A stretch of DNA of 64,000 nt from the NCBI GenBank assembly GCA_013151935.1, contig JAADHI010000124.1, positions 41,718 through 105,717 on the forward strand, in the 5' to 3' direction. Under the pieces are notes generated by a model, which ran no database searches, was not told the origin of the DNA, and was given only the letters and a program-made list of their open reading frames with translations. The DNA is from Candidatus Manganitrophaceae bacterium (GTDB lineage Bacteria > Nitrospirota > Nitrospiria > SBBL01 > JAADHI01). Positions 10,416-20,188 of this stretch are shown here, piece after piece; within the stretch, counting starts at the first letter, position 1; the number at the start of each line of letters is the position of its first letter. The position numbers were made by a program, and so were the translations under genes.

Positions 10416-12869
10416 TTAAAATGCACCCGATTCTTGATCAAACCTAAAAAAATCCGTAGGAGAAGAAAGGGTTTTTTCTTCATATTTAGGCTCGGTTCCC
10501 TTCACAAAAATTTCCATCTCACCACTCTCCCCTTCTTCGGCTAAATACCCTGTGGTGGGGTTAATTTTAGCATAAACAATCTCATCAGGAATAGAAAAAG
10601 GAACAACAGGCAGACGCGCCAGCGCCTCATCCATAAATGAAACCCAAATGGGTAAGGCCGTGCGTCCACCCGATTCATTGCGACCCAAAGAGCGGTTGTC
10701 ATCAAAACCCACCCAAACCCCTGCAGCCATATTAGGCGTATAGCCAACAAACCAAGCATCGGTATATTCGTTGGTTGTCCCTGTTTTTCCCGCAACAGGA
10801 CGACCCAAAACACGGGCGCGTTTTGCTGTGCCCCTTTGTACCACATCTTCCATGATATTTGTAACGACGTAGGCCGTCTCTTTCGAGAGGACCCGCTTGG
10901 GGACAAGATCTCGAGATTCCAGGACACGTCCATGTTGATCCGTCACGGATAAAATAAGCGTCGGCTCCACACGAATCCCTGCGTTGGCATAAACACCAAA
11001 AGCAGAGGTCAATTCCAAAAGACTCAGACCAGACGAACCCAAAGCCAAGGATAAATCTCGTGTCAAGGGACTTTTGATGCCGATACGCTGGGCATAAGAC
11101 ACAACACTTTTGATCCCAATTTGTCTCAGCAATTTGACTGTGGCAAGGTTTCGTGAATGGGTTAATGCGTCACGCAGCGTGGTCGGACCATAAAATTTTT
11201 TTTCGTAATTTTCCGGCTTCCAGACTTTATGCGTTGCATCGTCTGTAAAGATAACTGGATTGTCGATTAAAATACTGGCGGGCGTGAAACCCCGTTCAAT
11301 TGCGGTCCCGTAAATGATAGGTTTAAAAACGGAACCGGGCTGTCTTCTAGCAGATACGGCACGATTGTATTCGCTGCGTTTAAAATCATAGCCCCCCACC
11401 ATCGCACTAACCGTGCCTGTCGCAGGGTCTAAAGCAATGAATCCTCCTTCCACAATAGGTTCTTGCTCAAGGCTAAACAGGGTCTCATTTTCACTCAGTG
11501 TCTCCTCAAAAGCAGTGACTGCACGCGCTTGCGTCTGCTGATTTTCCAGAAGACCAACCTGTTTTACGCGCACGAGAACAATATCATCTGGTTTTAGGAT
11601 ATCTCCGGGTTTTGGATGCTCAATCAAAATCCTGTCTTTCCGAACATCACGCCCTTTCAGTTTTTGAGCTGCCCAAAGCATGTCTTCCAATAAAATTTTT
11701 CCAATAAACCCTTTTGCATCCACAAGGGCGTAGGCCTCCGTTCCAGATAAAACCCGCGCTTCTAAAAATTCACCCTGCTTTAATACTTCGCCTTCCCCCT
11801 TATGGGAAGCCTGAACCGCATCCCCGCTCACATCGGACTGATAAAGACGAACCGGACCACGATACCCTTGGCGTTTGTCCAGCTTCCTCAAACCCTCCCT
11901 CAGCGCACGTTCCGCCGTTTCCTGCATCTCTGCATTCAGGGTGGTGTAGACATTAAGCCCTCCCTTATAAAGAAGATCTGCGCCATAACGCTCAATGAGA
12001 TATTGACGTACGTACTCCGTAAAATAGAGTCCCGAAACGTCCCCAGGGTCTAGCTTTTGAAAAACAAGATCATTTTCATAGGCCTCACGATATCGATCTT
12101 TTGTAATGTACTGCTCAGCCAATAGACGTCTTAAGACAATACGCTGACGAAACTTCGCTTTTTCGGGGGCACGATATGGGGAATAATTATTGGGGGCTTT
12201 TGGCAGACCCGCGAGAAAAGCAGCCTCTTCCAAACTAATTTCAGAAACATCTTTTCCAAAATAGGTCTGACTGGCCACTTGCACTCCATAGGCACCATGA
12301 CCAAAATAAATCTGATTAAGGTAGATTTCGAGAATCTGATCCTTTGAGAGCATCACTTCCATTTTGCGTGAAAGAATCAGCTCCTTGATTTTACGCTGGA
12401 TGGTCCGCTCCGGGGTCAAAAAAAGGGAACGCGTAACCTGCTGCGTGATCGTGCTCGCGCCTTGCCTGATTGCACCACTTTGCACATTTTTGATAAACGC
12501 CCTCACGATCCGAATGGGATCAAAACCTTGGTGCTCATAAAAACGCGCGTCCTCCACCGCCAAAATAGCCTGGATCAGGTGTTTGGGCATCCGTTCAAAG
12601 GGAACAAAAACCCTTTTTTCAATATAAAATTCCCCAATCACTTTATTTTGGTCTGAATAAACCCGTGTAGCCTGACTTGGCGCGTAGCTTCCAGCGGCGC
12701 TGAGAGAGGGCAAATCCTGCGAAAAATAATAGAGCACACCTCCGACACTTGCCGCACCCAGAAGAAGGCAAACAAAACCAACAACAAGACCAATTTTTAG
12801 CCATCGCCAAACAAGATTTTTTTTGTTTTTAACAGGCACTTCTTCTCCCGTAAAATGCTTTACGTCCAA
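10416..12869 (-). CDS. mrcA: penicillin-binding protein 1A (bifunctional glycosyltransferase/transpeptidase)
   Basis: GT51 motifs EDARFYEHQGFD and RQGASTITQQ. Transpeptidase motifs SVFK (SxxK), SRN and KTGTT. A PBP1A-type insertion domain is present. TTG start with an upstream AAGGAAAA. Confidence 0.9.
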   Translation of the reverse strand: MDVKHFTGEEVPVKNKKNLVWRWLKIGLVVGFVCLLLGAASVGGVLYYFSQDLPSLSAAGSYAPSQATRVYSDQNKVIGEFYIEKRVFVPFERMPKHLIQAILAVEDARFYEHQGFDPIRIVRAFIKNVQSGAIRQGASTITQQVTRSLFLTPERTIQRKIKELILSRKMEVMLSKDQILEIYLNQIYFGHGAYGVQVASQTYFGKDVSEISLEEAAFLAGLPKAPNNYSPYRAPEKAKFRQRIVLRRLLAEQYITKDRYREAYENDLVFQKLDPGDVSGLYFTEYVRQYLIERYGADLLYKGGLNVYTTLNAEMQETAERALREGLRKLDKRQGYRGPVRLYQSDVSGDAVQASHKGEGEVLKQGEFLEARVLSGTEAYALVDAKGFIGKILLEDMLWAAQKLKGRDVRKDRILIEHPKPGDILKPDDIVLVRVKQVGLLENQQTQARAVTAFEETLSENETLFSLEQEPIVEGGFIALDPATGTVSAMVGGYDFKRSEYNRAVSARRQPGSVFKPIIYGTAIERGFTPASILIDNPVIFTDDATHKVWKPENYEKKFYGPTTLRDALTHSRNLATVKLLRQIGIKSVVSYAQRIGIKSPLTRDLSLALGSSGLSLLELTSAFGVYANAGIRVEPTLILSVTDQHGRVLESRDLVPKRVLSKETAYVVTNIMEDVVQRGTAKRARVLGRPVAGKTGTTNEYTDAWFVGYTPNMAAGVWVGFDDNRSLGRNESGGRTALPIWVSFMDEALARLPVVPFSIPDEIVYAKINPTTGYLAEEGESGEMEIFVKGTEPKYEEKTLSSPTDFFRFDQESGAF

Positions 12870-13012
12870 GGGTTTTCCTTAAAAAACTGACCGATAGGTC
12901 AACGACATCCGATCACTTATGTCAATGTGGATATATAAGGCTAAAACCGCCTCTTGTTATTTTTATACGCTGAGGACAAAACAACACCAAAGTGAGGGGG
13001 GATCTCTTATCC

Positions 13013-13069
13013 AAAAAATCTCCAAGGCACCTGCGCACCCTTAGCGCACAAACACCTTGGAGATTTTTT
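13013..13069 (-). terminator. rho-independent terminator-like hairpin downstream of the LolA-like gene
   Basis: Perfect 15-nt arms AAAAAATCTCCAAGG / CCTTGGAGATTTTTT, with an inner TGCGC/GCGCA pair. A T-run follows the stem on the minus strand. Confidence 0.6.
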
Positions 13070-13127
13070 AGATGAAGATACAAGGTCGGAAAATATTCAG
13101 GTAATGGGTCTTTTATAGGGTGATCGT

Positions 13128-13943
13128 TTAACGCGGAGGGCCCTTCTCCAAGACACGCGCGGCAAAGATTGAATCTCTCAAACCTGTATCATTTTTGATC
13201 TCGGTAATTTCAAAAATAGTCTTATGTTTTGACTGAACATTTTGTATTTCAGAACGCGTCCAAACAAGCACTTTTCCAATTTTTTCCCAAAGAATGGTCT
13301 GTAATTTCAGACCTTTCATATTCCGATCATAGAATTCGACTTTATGCGCAACCCAATCTTTTTTAGAAATAAAATACCGCTTTTTCCCATAGGGGCTATC
13401 TGTTTCCTTGGGAAAACTGTCAACAACGTAAGAAGGTTCTTTACAGCCCTTGCAGAGCCCGTCAAAAACGAGTTTATGATCATCTTCATCCAGACGGCGT
13501 GCGCCCATATCCGAAAAAGTAAGATCCGACCCCATAAAAGAATCATTTTGGTCTCGGGTTGTCATTCTCCGAACACTTCTTAGGCTAGGCAAATAAAGCC
13601 ACAAGTCATCCGGTTTTCCTTTTATGGAATAATCCCAGATTAAAAACCCCGTGCCTTTCTGATCTGGAGGGAACTCCGTATAAAAGACACTTTTGTTATC
13701 CAGGCCATCTTTTCCATTCATGTGTTTGTGAAAACGTAAGGTTTCAATCCTCCGTTTATTCCCTTGCGCGTCAATCAAAATCATCGTGACGATGGAGGTT
13801 TGATCCATCGTCATGTTCGCGTGCTGGACACGCTCCATGACCTCAGCCCCTGTGAGCTTATTTTCCTGTGCAAGCACATTTCCAGCACCAAGAAACAAAA
13901 CTATTCCTACAAAAAAGAATCGAAAATTTCTACGTTTAATCAT
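13128..13943 (-). CDS. outer-membrane lipoprotein-sorting (LolA-like, PF17131-type) protein
   Basis: Signal peptide MIKRRNFRFFFVGIVLFLGAGNVLA. The family-typical block is TGAEVMERV...TMILIDAQGNKRRIETLRF...GTGFLIWDY...DDLWLYLPSLRSVRRM. The start is moved to the second ATG, which follows GGGAGTGGG. Confidence 0.65.
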   Translation of the reverse strand: MIKRRNFRFFFVGIVLFLGAGNVLAQENKLTGAEVMERVQHANMTMDQTSIVTMILIDAQGNKRRIETLRFHKHMNGKDGLDNKSVFYTEFPPDQKGTGFLIWDYSIKGKPDDLWLYLPSLRSVRRMTTRDQNDSFMGSDLTFSDMGARRLDEDDHKLVFDGLCKGCKEPSYVVDSFPKETDSPYGKKRYFISKKDWVAHKVEFYDRNMKGLKLQTILWEKIGKVLVWTRSEIQNVQSKHKTIFEITEIKNDTGLRDSIFAARVLEKGPPR

Positions 13944-14027
13944 TGAGAAACCCACTCCCATCTATAGATTAAAAAAAGCACAACAAAAAACCACTCCACG
14001 ATAAACGCTACTCTATGTCACCTTTTT

Positions 14028-14056
14028 AGTATATTAAATTGCAGGGTAAAGCGCAA
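14028..14056 (-). promoter_or_regulatory. sigma-70-like promoter for the LolA-like gene
   Basis: The minus strand reads TTGCGC-N17-TATACT (-35 at 14051-14056, -10 at 14028-14033), about 70 nt upstream of the start. Confidence 0.3.
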
Positions 14057-14078
14057 GGAAAGGACCCAGACTCAGTCT

Positions 14079-14996
14079 TTAGATAAAACTCAGCCAACCG
14101 TATTTGTCTTCAGTTTTGTTTCTAACGATATCAAAAAAGGATTGTTGCAATTGTTGGGTGATCGGGCCAGGAATTCCCTCTCCAATCATGCGACTGTCAA
14201 CCTCTCGAATAGGAGTCACTTCAGCAGCCGTGCCTGTAAAAAAAGCTTCGTCTGCAATATAAAGATCGTCCCGCGTAAAACGCGCTTCAACAACAGAGAT
14301 CTGCTGTGCTTGTGCCAGTTGAATGATCGTATTCCGTGTAATGCCATCCAAGATAGAGGATGTCAATGGGGTTGTCTTTAGGACACCATTTTTTACAATA
14401 AAAATATTTTCGCCCGGCCCTTCAGCCACAAAACCTTCGGTATCGAGCAAGATCGCTTCGTCAAAACCCGCCGCTTTTGCTTCTCGTTTTGCAAATTGAG
14501 AATTGGTGTAATTTCCGGTAATTTTTGCGCGCGTTAAACTAATATTTACATGGTGCCGAATAAAAGAAGAAATCGCCGTACGGATCCCCTTTTTAAGACC
14601 TTCTTCTCCGAGATAAGTTCCCCAAGGCCAAACAGCAATGGAAAGATTGACTGGGGCTTCTTTTGCATAAAGGCCCATCTCTCCGTAACCTATATACGCC
14701 AGCGGCCGGATGTATCCTTCATCCAGCTTATTAACACGTACCGTTTTAATAATTGCATCCCTTACCTCTTTTTGAGAAAAAGGGATGTCCATTTGAACGA
14801 TTTTTGCAGAATCAAAAAGACGTGCCACATGCTCCGACAGTCGAAAGATCGCTGTTTTTGATTGACCTTTGTAACAGCGAATGCCCTCGAAGACGCCCAA
14901 ACCATAATGGAGGGAGTGCGTCAAGACGTGGACGGTCGCCTCCTGCCAGGGAACCAACTTCCCGTCCATCCAAATAAAAGGTGTCTCTTTAATCAC
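14079..14996 (-). CDS. ilvE: branched-chain amino acid aminotransferase (class IV)
   Basis: 305 aa. The N-terminal IWMDGKLVPWQEATVHVLTHSLHYGLGVFEGIRCY and overall layout are typical of IlvE. Confidence 0.9.
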   Translation of the reverse strand: MIKETPFIWMDGKLVPWQEATVHVLTHSLHYGLGVFEGIRCYKGQSKTAIFRLSEHVARLFDSAKIVQMDIPFSQKEVRDAIIKTVRVNKLDEGYIRPLAYIGYGEMGLYAKEAPVNLSIAVWPWGTYLGEEGLKKGIRTAISSFIRHHVNISLTRAKITGNYTNSQFAKREAKAAGFDEAILLDTEGFVAEGPGENIFIVKNGVLKTTPLTSSILDGITRNTIIQLAQAQQISVVEARFTRDDLYIADEAFFTGTAAEVTPIREVDSRMIGEGIPGPITQQLQQSFFDIVRNKTEDKYGWLSFI

Positions 14997-15005
14997 ACCA
15001 AGACC

Positions 15006-15599
15006 TTACTTTTTTGCACGTGCTCTTTTCTTCCCGCCTGATTTTGCAATGGGCTTTTCAATGGCGACAGCCTTGGTTTTCGGCTTTGCTTTGACTTTCG
15101 CTTTCCCCTTCGTCTTGACCTTTGTTTTCACTTTGGCCTTGGGTTTTGCCCTTGCTTTTGCAGTGGGTTTCGCGGCGGCTTTGGCCTTAGTGCCTTTTTT
15201 GGGCTTCACCACGGCTTTCGGCTTTGTTTTTGCTTTTGTTTTGCTCTTAGGTTTTGCAACAGCTTTTGGTTTTGCCTTTGACTTCGTCACGACCTTCGAT
15301 TTTGCTTTGACCGCAGACTTCAGGGAAATGGACGCCTTTTTTGCAGCTTTCATAATTTGCTGAGAAAGTGCTGTCCCTCTTGCGCCACCTCGTTTTCCGG
15401 TCAACAACCAATCTGTGGTGACACGACCAATTTCCGCAATACGGACAAGGAGGTCCGGAGAAGGAATGCGTCCCCGCTCATATCGACTAATGTAATTCTG
15501 CTTTTTAACACCGAGCACATTTGCAAACTCAGTTTGTGTTTGTTTTCCTCTGACTGCCCGGATTCTTTCACCGACTTTCTCTGGAGAAACATTTTCCAT
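15006..15599 (-). CDS. XRE-family HTH protein with histone-H1-like Lys/Ala/Pro-rich C-terminal tail
   Basis: N-terminal HTH_3: IRAVRGKQTQTEFANVLGVKKQNYISRYERGRIPSPDLLVRIAEIGRVTTDWLLTG. This is followed by about 100 aa of AKPK/KTKV repeats. RBS GGAAGGG. Only 9 nt separate it from ilvE. Confidence 0.75.
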   Translation of the reverse strand: MENVSPEKVGERIRAVRGKQTQTEFANVLGVKKQNYISRYERGRIPSPDLLVRIAEIGRVTTDWLLTGKRGGARGTALSQQIMKAAKKASISLKSAVKAKSKVVTKSKAKPKAVAKPKSKTKAKTKPKAVVKPKKGTKAKAAAKPTAKARAKPKAKVKTKVKTKGKAKVKAKPKTKAVAIEKPIAKSGGKKRARAKK

Positions 15600-15857
15600 T
15601 TCGAGTCCCTTCCTTCTTGGTTCAAGTGCTTGAAATTCTCCCCAGTAAGTCTATTGAATTACTGAGTAGTGCCTATTGTGTCTATATCACTACAGTATAG
15701 TTTAGTGTCTAAAAAAACACAAGGTGAGGAACTTCAGTGCGCATAACCATTTGAGTCTTAAGGGTTTTTAGCTAAAACATGCTCACCCCTGAGGGCTATT
15801 CTAGAGAGTCAAATTTTTGTCGCAGGGAGAGCTAGACCCAGAAAGTCTTAAAGAAAT

Positions 15858-16589
15858 CTAGAATGAAAAAAAATCCCGTTTTTTTTGCCCAAAACCTTTA
15901 AATGGACTTTTTTTCTGCTCGGTAAATTGAGTCAAATCTTTATTTTTTCCAACTAGCATCAGAATATCACCTTTTTCCAAGAGGTAATCTGATGCGGGGT
16001 CAAAAATAAACTGTTCTTTTTCTTTTCCCCAATTAAATGCCCCGGAAGCCCCCACAATTTTTTTGATTGCAAAAGCCTTGAGCGAAGCGATTTTGAGCGT
16101 GTCTAAGGTCGACCCGATGAGAGATTCTGGGACTTCCCATTGTACGAGAGAATGTGTGGTCGAAAGCTCAATGTAGTCTAAAATAGCATTTCCAGAACAA
16201 GCCTTTCCAAGACGTCGCCCCATCTCCTGCTCAACAAAAACAACCCGTGTGGCTCCCACCAACTCCAGGATACGTTTTTCCCGCTCAGTATAGGCCCGGA
16301 CGATAATTTCCTTGAGTCCTAACTCTTTTAAGATCACTGTGGTAATGACACTGGCTTCCAGGTTTTCACCAATCGCGATAATCGCGGTATCCACACCATC
16401 CGCACCAACAGATTTGAGTGCATCAAAATCAGTGCCGTCCAATTGCACTGCGTGAGAAACACGTTCCTTAATCTCCTCCACCTTGTCTGCACGTTCGTCA
16501 ACCGCAATCACTTCTCCCCCTTCCGCATAGAGGGTTTCAGCCAGCGACATACCAAAACGGCCCAGACCAATCACAACAAATCGTTTCAC
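15858..16589 (-). CDS. trkA: Trk/Ktr potassium uptake system NAD-binding subunit (RCK_N + RCK_C)
   Basis: Rossmann motif VIGLGRFGMSLAETL. It has a C-terminal RCK_C-like domain and sits next to the trkH/ktrB gene. Confidence 0.8.
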   Translation of the reverse strand: MKRFVVIGLGRFGMSLAETLYAEGGEVIAVDERADKVEEIKERVSHAVQLDGTDFDALKSVGADGVDTAIIAIGENLEASVITTVILKELGLKEIIVRAYTEREKRILELVGATRVVFVEQEMGRRLGKACSGNAILDYIELSTTHSLVQWEVPESLIGSTLDTLKIASLKAFAIKKIVGASGAFNWGKEKEQFIFDPASDYLLEKGDILMLVGKNKDLTQFTEQKKSPFKGFGQKKRDFFSF

Positions 16590-16658
16590 GCTATTCTCCC
16601 AAAAATAAAATTACTCTCATAACCACTCTCATAGATAAACGGGCGAGACGGATTGTGA

Positions 16659-18428
16659 CTATCCAATAATAATCCTTTCTTCTGGATAGGTATACTTCCC
16701 CTTCATCACGCGCTCTGCAATACTAAAAGCAAGTGTCAGTGAACCAATGCGTCCGATAAACATCGTGACAATAATAATCAGTTTTCCGATTGGGCTCAAT
16801 TCAGAAGTAATCCCCGTTGATAGCCCAACTGTATTAAACGCTGAGACCGACTCAAATACAATCGCTTTAAAATCTCCCTCTTCCGTAAATAATAACAGCA
16901 ACAAAAACATCGCTAACAAGGCTGAAGAGGAAAATGCAATTGAAAGAGATTTTCTCACCGCAAGTGGAGAAAAACTTCTCCTAAAAAGAGAAACCTGCTC
17001 ACGCTGATTCAACATGGCTTTCAGGGTCGCCAACATCACACCAAAGGTTGTTGTTTTAATGCCGCCAGCAGTGGATGCGGGAGAGCCTCCAATCCACATG
17101 AGTAAAATCAAGAGGAAGAGCGTTGCATCAGAAAAATCGCCCACATTCAAGGTATTAAAACCCGCCGTCCGCGCAGTAACCGAGTGAAAAAAAGCGGCGA
17201 ACCATTTGTCAAACCAAGAAAGCCCTGCAAGTGTCCCCTGAAACTCAAGGATATAAATACCCAAGGTCCCGACCGCAAGCAAACCACCGGAAATAGACAG
17301 CACCATCTTGGAGTGGAATGAAAGACGCCAGGCCGCGCGCCCCTTCCTTCTCATCGGATAACTGAGTAGATTGCTGATGACTGGAAAACCGATACCTCCG
17401 AGAATAACCAACACTGCAATGACCCCATTCATCGGAATGTTACCCAAAAAACCTTCAAGATTCGTGGAGAAGAGCGAAAAACCCGCATTACAAAAAGCAG
17501 AAACCGCATGAAAGATCGCTGTAAAAATAGGTTGATCTGTCTCTTTGGGTAAAAAAAAGTAGATCAACAAGGCGCCCAGTGTTTCAATCACCAGCGTAAG
17601 TAAAAAGATCAGTCGTATCTCTTTTCTCACCGTTCCAACAGACTCCGTCTCAAGCACGCCCTGTAGGGCCACCGCATCCTGAAGCTTAATTCTCTTATTT
17701 GACACGAGAGAAAAAAGTACTCCAAAAGTCATGATGCCCAAGCCTCCCGTTTGAATGAGAAAAAGGATGACCCAGATTCCGCTCGGTCGATAAAATTCAG
17801 AAATCGGCCCCAGGGTTAGCCCCGTTACCGTTGTGGCTGAGGTTGCTGTAAATAGCGCATCAATAATCACAATTTTGGAAGGATCGATCACCATTTGAGG
17901 AAGAGAGAGCAGCATAGTGCCCACCAAAATGACCAGGAGAAAACCCATCGTCATGGTCTGTGCGGGCCTCAGATGTAGGCCCCCCAGAAACCGCGCAATA
18001 ATATTCAGACGGAGCCCGTAAATTGCAAAAGAAGACATAAAAAAAATCATGCTGTAAGCACGATAGGGATTGATTAAAAAGTCAAAGGACTCGCCCCACA
18101 TCGAAAACAGAATCACAACTTTCTCAAAATAAAAAAGCAGACAAACCCCAAAGAGGGCGATGGGAATCAGCTTTTTTTGCCAGGAAAGACGCCGAAAGCG
18201 TAGATGTAACAGTTTTTCTTCAAAGGCAAGTTTGACCAACACACCTGCCTGAAAAAGAAGCGCGATGCTCCGACAAATCATCGGGAACCAAACTGAAAAA
18301 TCGAGTAAGAGGGATAAAAGAAGTATCCCGGGCATCGAAAAATATTTCACCCCACGCACCTGGGTCGTGAGGGCTTGAGAGGCCTGGTTTATCTTGTCGC
18401 GGATGTGTTTAAAAACAATGCGTCTCAC
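16659..18428 (-). CDS. trkH: TrkH/KtrB-family potassium transporter with extended N-terminus
   Basis: 589 aa and polytopic. It has repeated pore-loop-like GFN/GLS segments (TARTAGFNT, SAFNTVGLSTG). The GTG start is uncertain. Confidence 0.8.
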   Translation of the reverse strand: MRRIVFKHIRDKINQASQALTTQVRGVKYFSMPGILLLSLLLDFSVWFPMICRSIALLFQAGVLVKLAFEEKLLHLRFRRLSWQKKLIPIALFGVCLLFYFEKVVILFSMWGESFDFLINPYRAYSMIFFMSSFAIYGLRLNIIARFLGGLHLRPAQTMTMGFLLVILVGTMLLSLPQMVIDPSKIVIIDALFTATSATTVTGLTLGPISEFYRPSGIWVILFLIQTGGLGIMTFGVLFSLVSNKRIKLQDAVALQGVLETESVGTVRKEIRLIFLLTLVIETLGALLIYFFLPKETDQPIFTAIFHAVSAFCNAGFSLFSTNLEGFLGNIPMNGVIAVLVILGGIGFPVISNLLSYPMRRKGRAAWRLSFHSKMVLSISGGLLAVGTLGIYILEFQGTLAGLSWFDKWFAAFFHSVTARTAGFNTLNVGDFSDATLFLLILLMWIGGSPASTAGGIKTTTFGVMLATLKAMLNQREQVSLFRRSFSPLAVRKSLSIAFSSSALLAMFLLLLLFTEEGDFKAIVFESVSAFNTVGLSTGITSELSPIGKLIIIVTMFIGRIGSLTLAFSIAERVMKGKYTYPEERIIIG

Positions 18429-18451
18429 AAATTCGCCCCGCTTGTTTACAC

Positions 18452-18491
18452 ATAAATCGCGGATTCAAAAAAAACTAAATCCGCGATTTAT
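18452..18491 (-). terminator. strong hairpin downstream of sat (possible terminator)
   Basis: Perfect 14-nt arms ATAAATCGCGGATT / AATCCGCGATTTAT with a 12-nt A-rich loop. No clean U-tract follows on the minus strand. Confidence 0.4.
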
Positions 18492-18533
18492 CTCGAAAAA
18501 TCCGAGCAGACACAAGCTTTAGGAAGCTAAAGA

Positions 18534-19691
18534 TTATTTAGTCATGGCTTCGATCAGGATCTTGGCCACTTCTGGACGACTGAATTCTGGTGGCGGTTTA
18601 ATGCCCTGGCTGAGCATTTCCCGAACCTTCGTCCCAGAAAGGGCGATACGCTGAGAGGCATCATGCGAACAGGTTTTTGCCGAGGCCATACCAATACAAC
18701 GTTTGCAATAGAATGAATGATCAAAAAAAAGCGGCTGGATCCCAAGCGCATCCGCTTCAAATTCTTTAAAAATATTTTGCGCATCGTAGGTCCCGTAAAA
18801 ATCACCGACCCCCGCATGATCACGTCCAACAATAAAATGTGTCACCCCATAATTTTTGCGGCAAATCGCGTGAAAAATCGCCTCTTTTGGTCCACCGTAA
18901 CGCATGGCCGCCGGAAAAACAGAGAGCATTGTACGATCTTTTGGATAATAATTTTCAAGCAGGACTTTATAACAATCCATACGGACATCCGCCGGAATAT
19001 CTCCCTTTTTTGTCGCCCCCACAATCGGGTGCAACAGAAGTCCATCGGTAATCTCCATCGCACATTTTTGAATATATTCATGAGCACGATGCACAGGATT
19101 GCGCGTTTGAAATGCCACAATACGATTCCAGCCTTTTTCTAAAAAGGCTTGCCGGGTTTCTGCTGGGGTCAAGCGATGCTCGGAAAAAGCTTGCGCCGCA
19201 GGTGGTCTCAACATGTCAATTTTCCCACCCAGGAGCACATCCCCCTGCGAATGCGTATACGCAACACCAGGATGACTGTCATCGTTTGTGCCATAAGCTG
19301 CGAGCGCTTCTTTTTCTTTGTCGAAGGGAAATTTCTCCTCAAGCTGCAATATCGCCAAGACAAGACCCTTCTGATCTTGCAGCGCAATCTCTGATCCTTC
19401 ATTGAAAGAAGCCGCTTCTGCTGATGTCGCAGACAAGGTAATGGGCAAACTCCAAGGTAAACCATTCACCAGATGCATTGATTTGAGCACACTTTCATAA
19501 TCTGCACGCCCCATAAAACCTTCAAGGGGTGAAAAAACGCCTGTCGCAATGAGTTCTAAATCCGAAATCTCACGCGCTGACAATTGAATGGTCTTAAGGG
19601 AACCGGCTTTCGATTCCAAGTCTCTTAGCCTCTCCACCGCGACAAAACGATTGATTAGCTGACCGCCATGCGGCACTGAAATACTCATCAC
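18534..19691 (-). CDS. sat: sulfate adenylyltransferase (ATP sulfurylase)
   Basis: QTRNPVHRAHE and VGRDHAGVG motifs. 385 aa. Confidence 0.9.
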   Translation of the reverse strand: MMSISVPHGGQLINRFVAVERLRDLESKAGSLKTIQLSAREISDLELIATGVFSPLEGFMGRADYESVLKSMHLVNGLPWSLPITLSATSAEAASFNEGSEIALQDQKGLVLAILQLEEKFPFDKEKEALAAYGTNDDSHPGVAYTHSQGDVLLGGKIDMLRPPAAQAFSEHRLTPAETRQAFLEKGWNRIVAFQTRNPVHRAHEYIQKCAMEITDGLLLHPIVGATKKGDIPADVRMDCYKVLLENYYPKDRTMLSVFPAAMRYGGPKEAIFHAICRKNYGVTHFIVGRDHAGVGDFYGTYDAQNIFKEFEADALGIQPLFFDHSFYCKRCIGMASAKTCSHDASQRIALSGTKVREMLSQGIKPPPEFSRPEVAKILIEAMTK

Positions 19692-19754
19692 TATCTCCTC
19701 AAATACATACCCTTATAAATGATCTGTTTTTTTCTTATTTCAAGTCGACAGCGT

Positions 19755-20141
19755 CTAGATCGAGAAATCAAGACCTTGCTCGCTGTCCTCAACCTGTTCA
19801 TCCAAAGCGATTTTCATCACCTTTGTGCGAATCGTAAACGTCTCTTTTTTCCCACGAACATCGACCGCATCCCAAGTAATAAAATCACGGTCTTTGTGGA
19901 TATGCGGCGCAAGTGTTGCCTCACGTGACCCAAACTGGTACGAAAGATGAAACTCAATGGCTTCTTCGGGACAGACCTTGATACAAGGGAGACAATCCCA
20001 ACAATCTTCGGGGTATTTGAGATACGCTTTGTTGACACTGTGATCTTTTACAATAAGATCTCCGGGACACATTCTTAAACAAGGGGGCTGACGCGAACTA
20101 TGACAGCCATTGCATTTATCCGGGTCAATCCAAACAGGCAT
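19755..20141 (-). CDS. aprB: adenylylsulfate (APS) reductase beta subunit-like 2x[4Fe-4S] protein
   Basis: MPVWIDPDKCNGCHSSRQPPCLRMCPGDL and CWDCLPCIKVCP parallel the two AprB cluster motifs (A. fulgidus MPSFVNPEKCDGCK...CEYICPNDL, CWECYSCVKMCP). At 128 aa it is short. Confidence 0.75.
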   Translation of the reverse strand: MPVWIDPDKCNGCHSSRQPPCLRMCPGDLIVKDHSVNKAYLKYPEDCWDCLPCIKVCPEEAIEFHLSYQFGSREATLAPHIHKDRDFITWDAVDVRGKKETFTIRTKVMKIALDEQVEDSEQGLDFSI

Positions 20142-20188
20142 TCTCTTTCCTCACTTTCTAAAATGAAACTTAAATAATGACGTCACAA

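Noticed and set aside
15049-15363. 104-aa plus-strand ORF rich in F/A/L
   Set aside because: It is the mirror-frame artefact of the Lys/Ala/Pro repeat tract on the opposite strand. It has no RBS and lies entirely inside the XRE-H1 gene.
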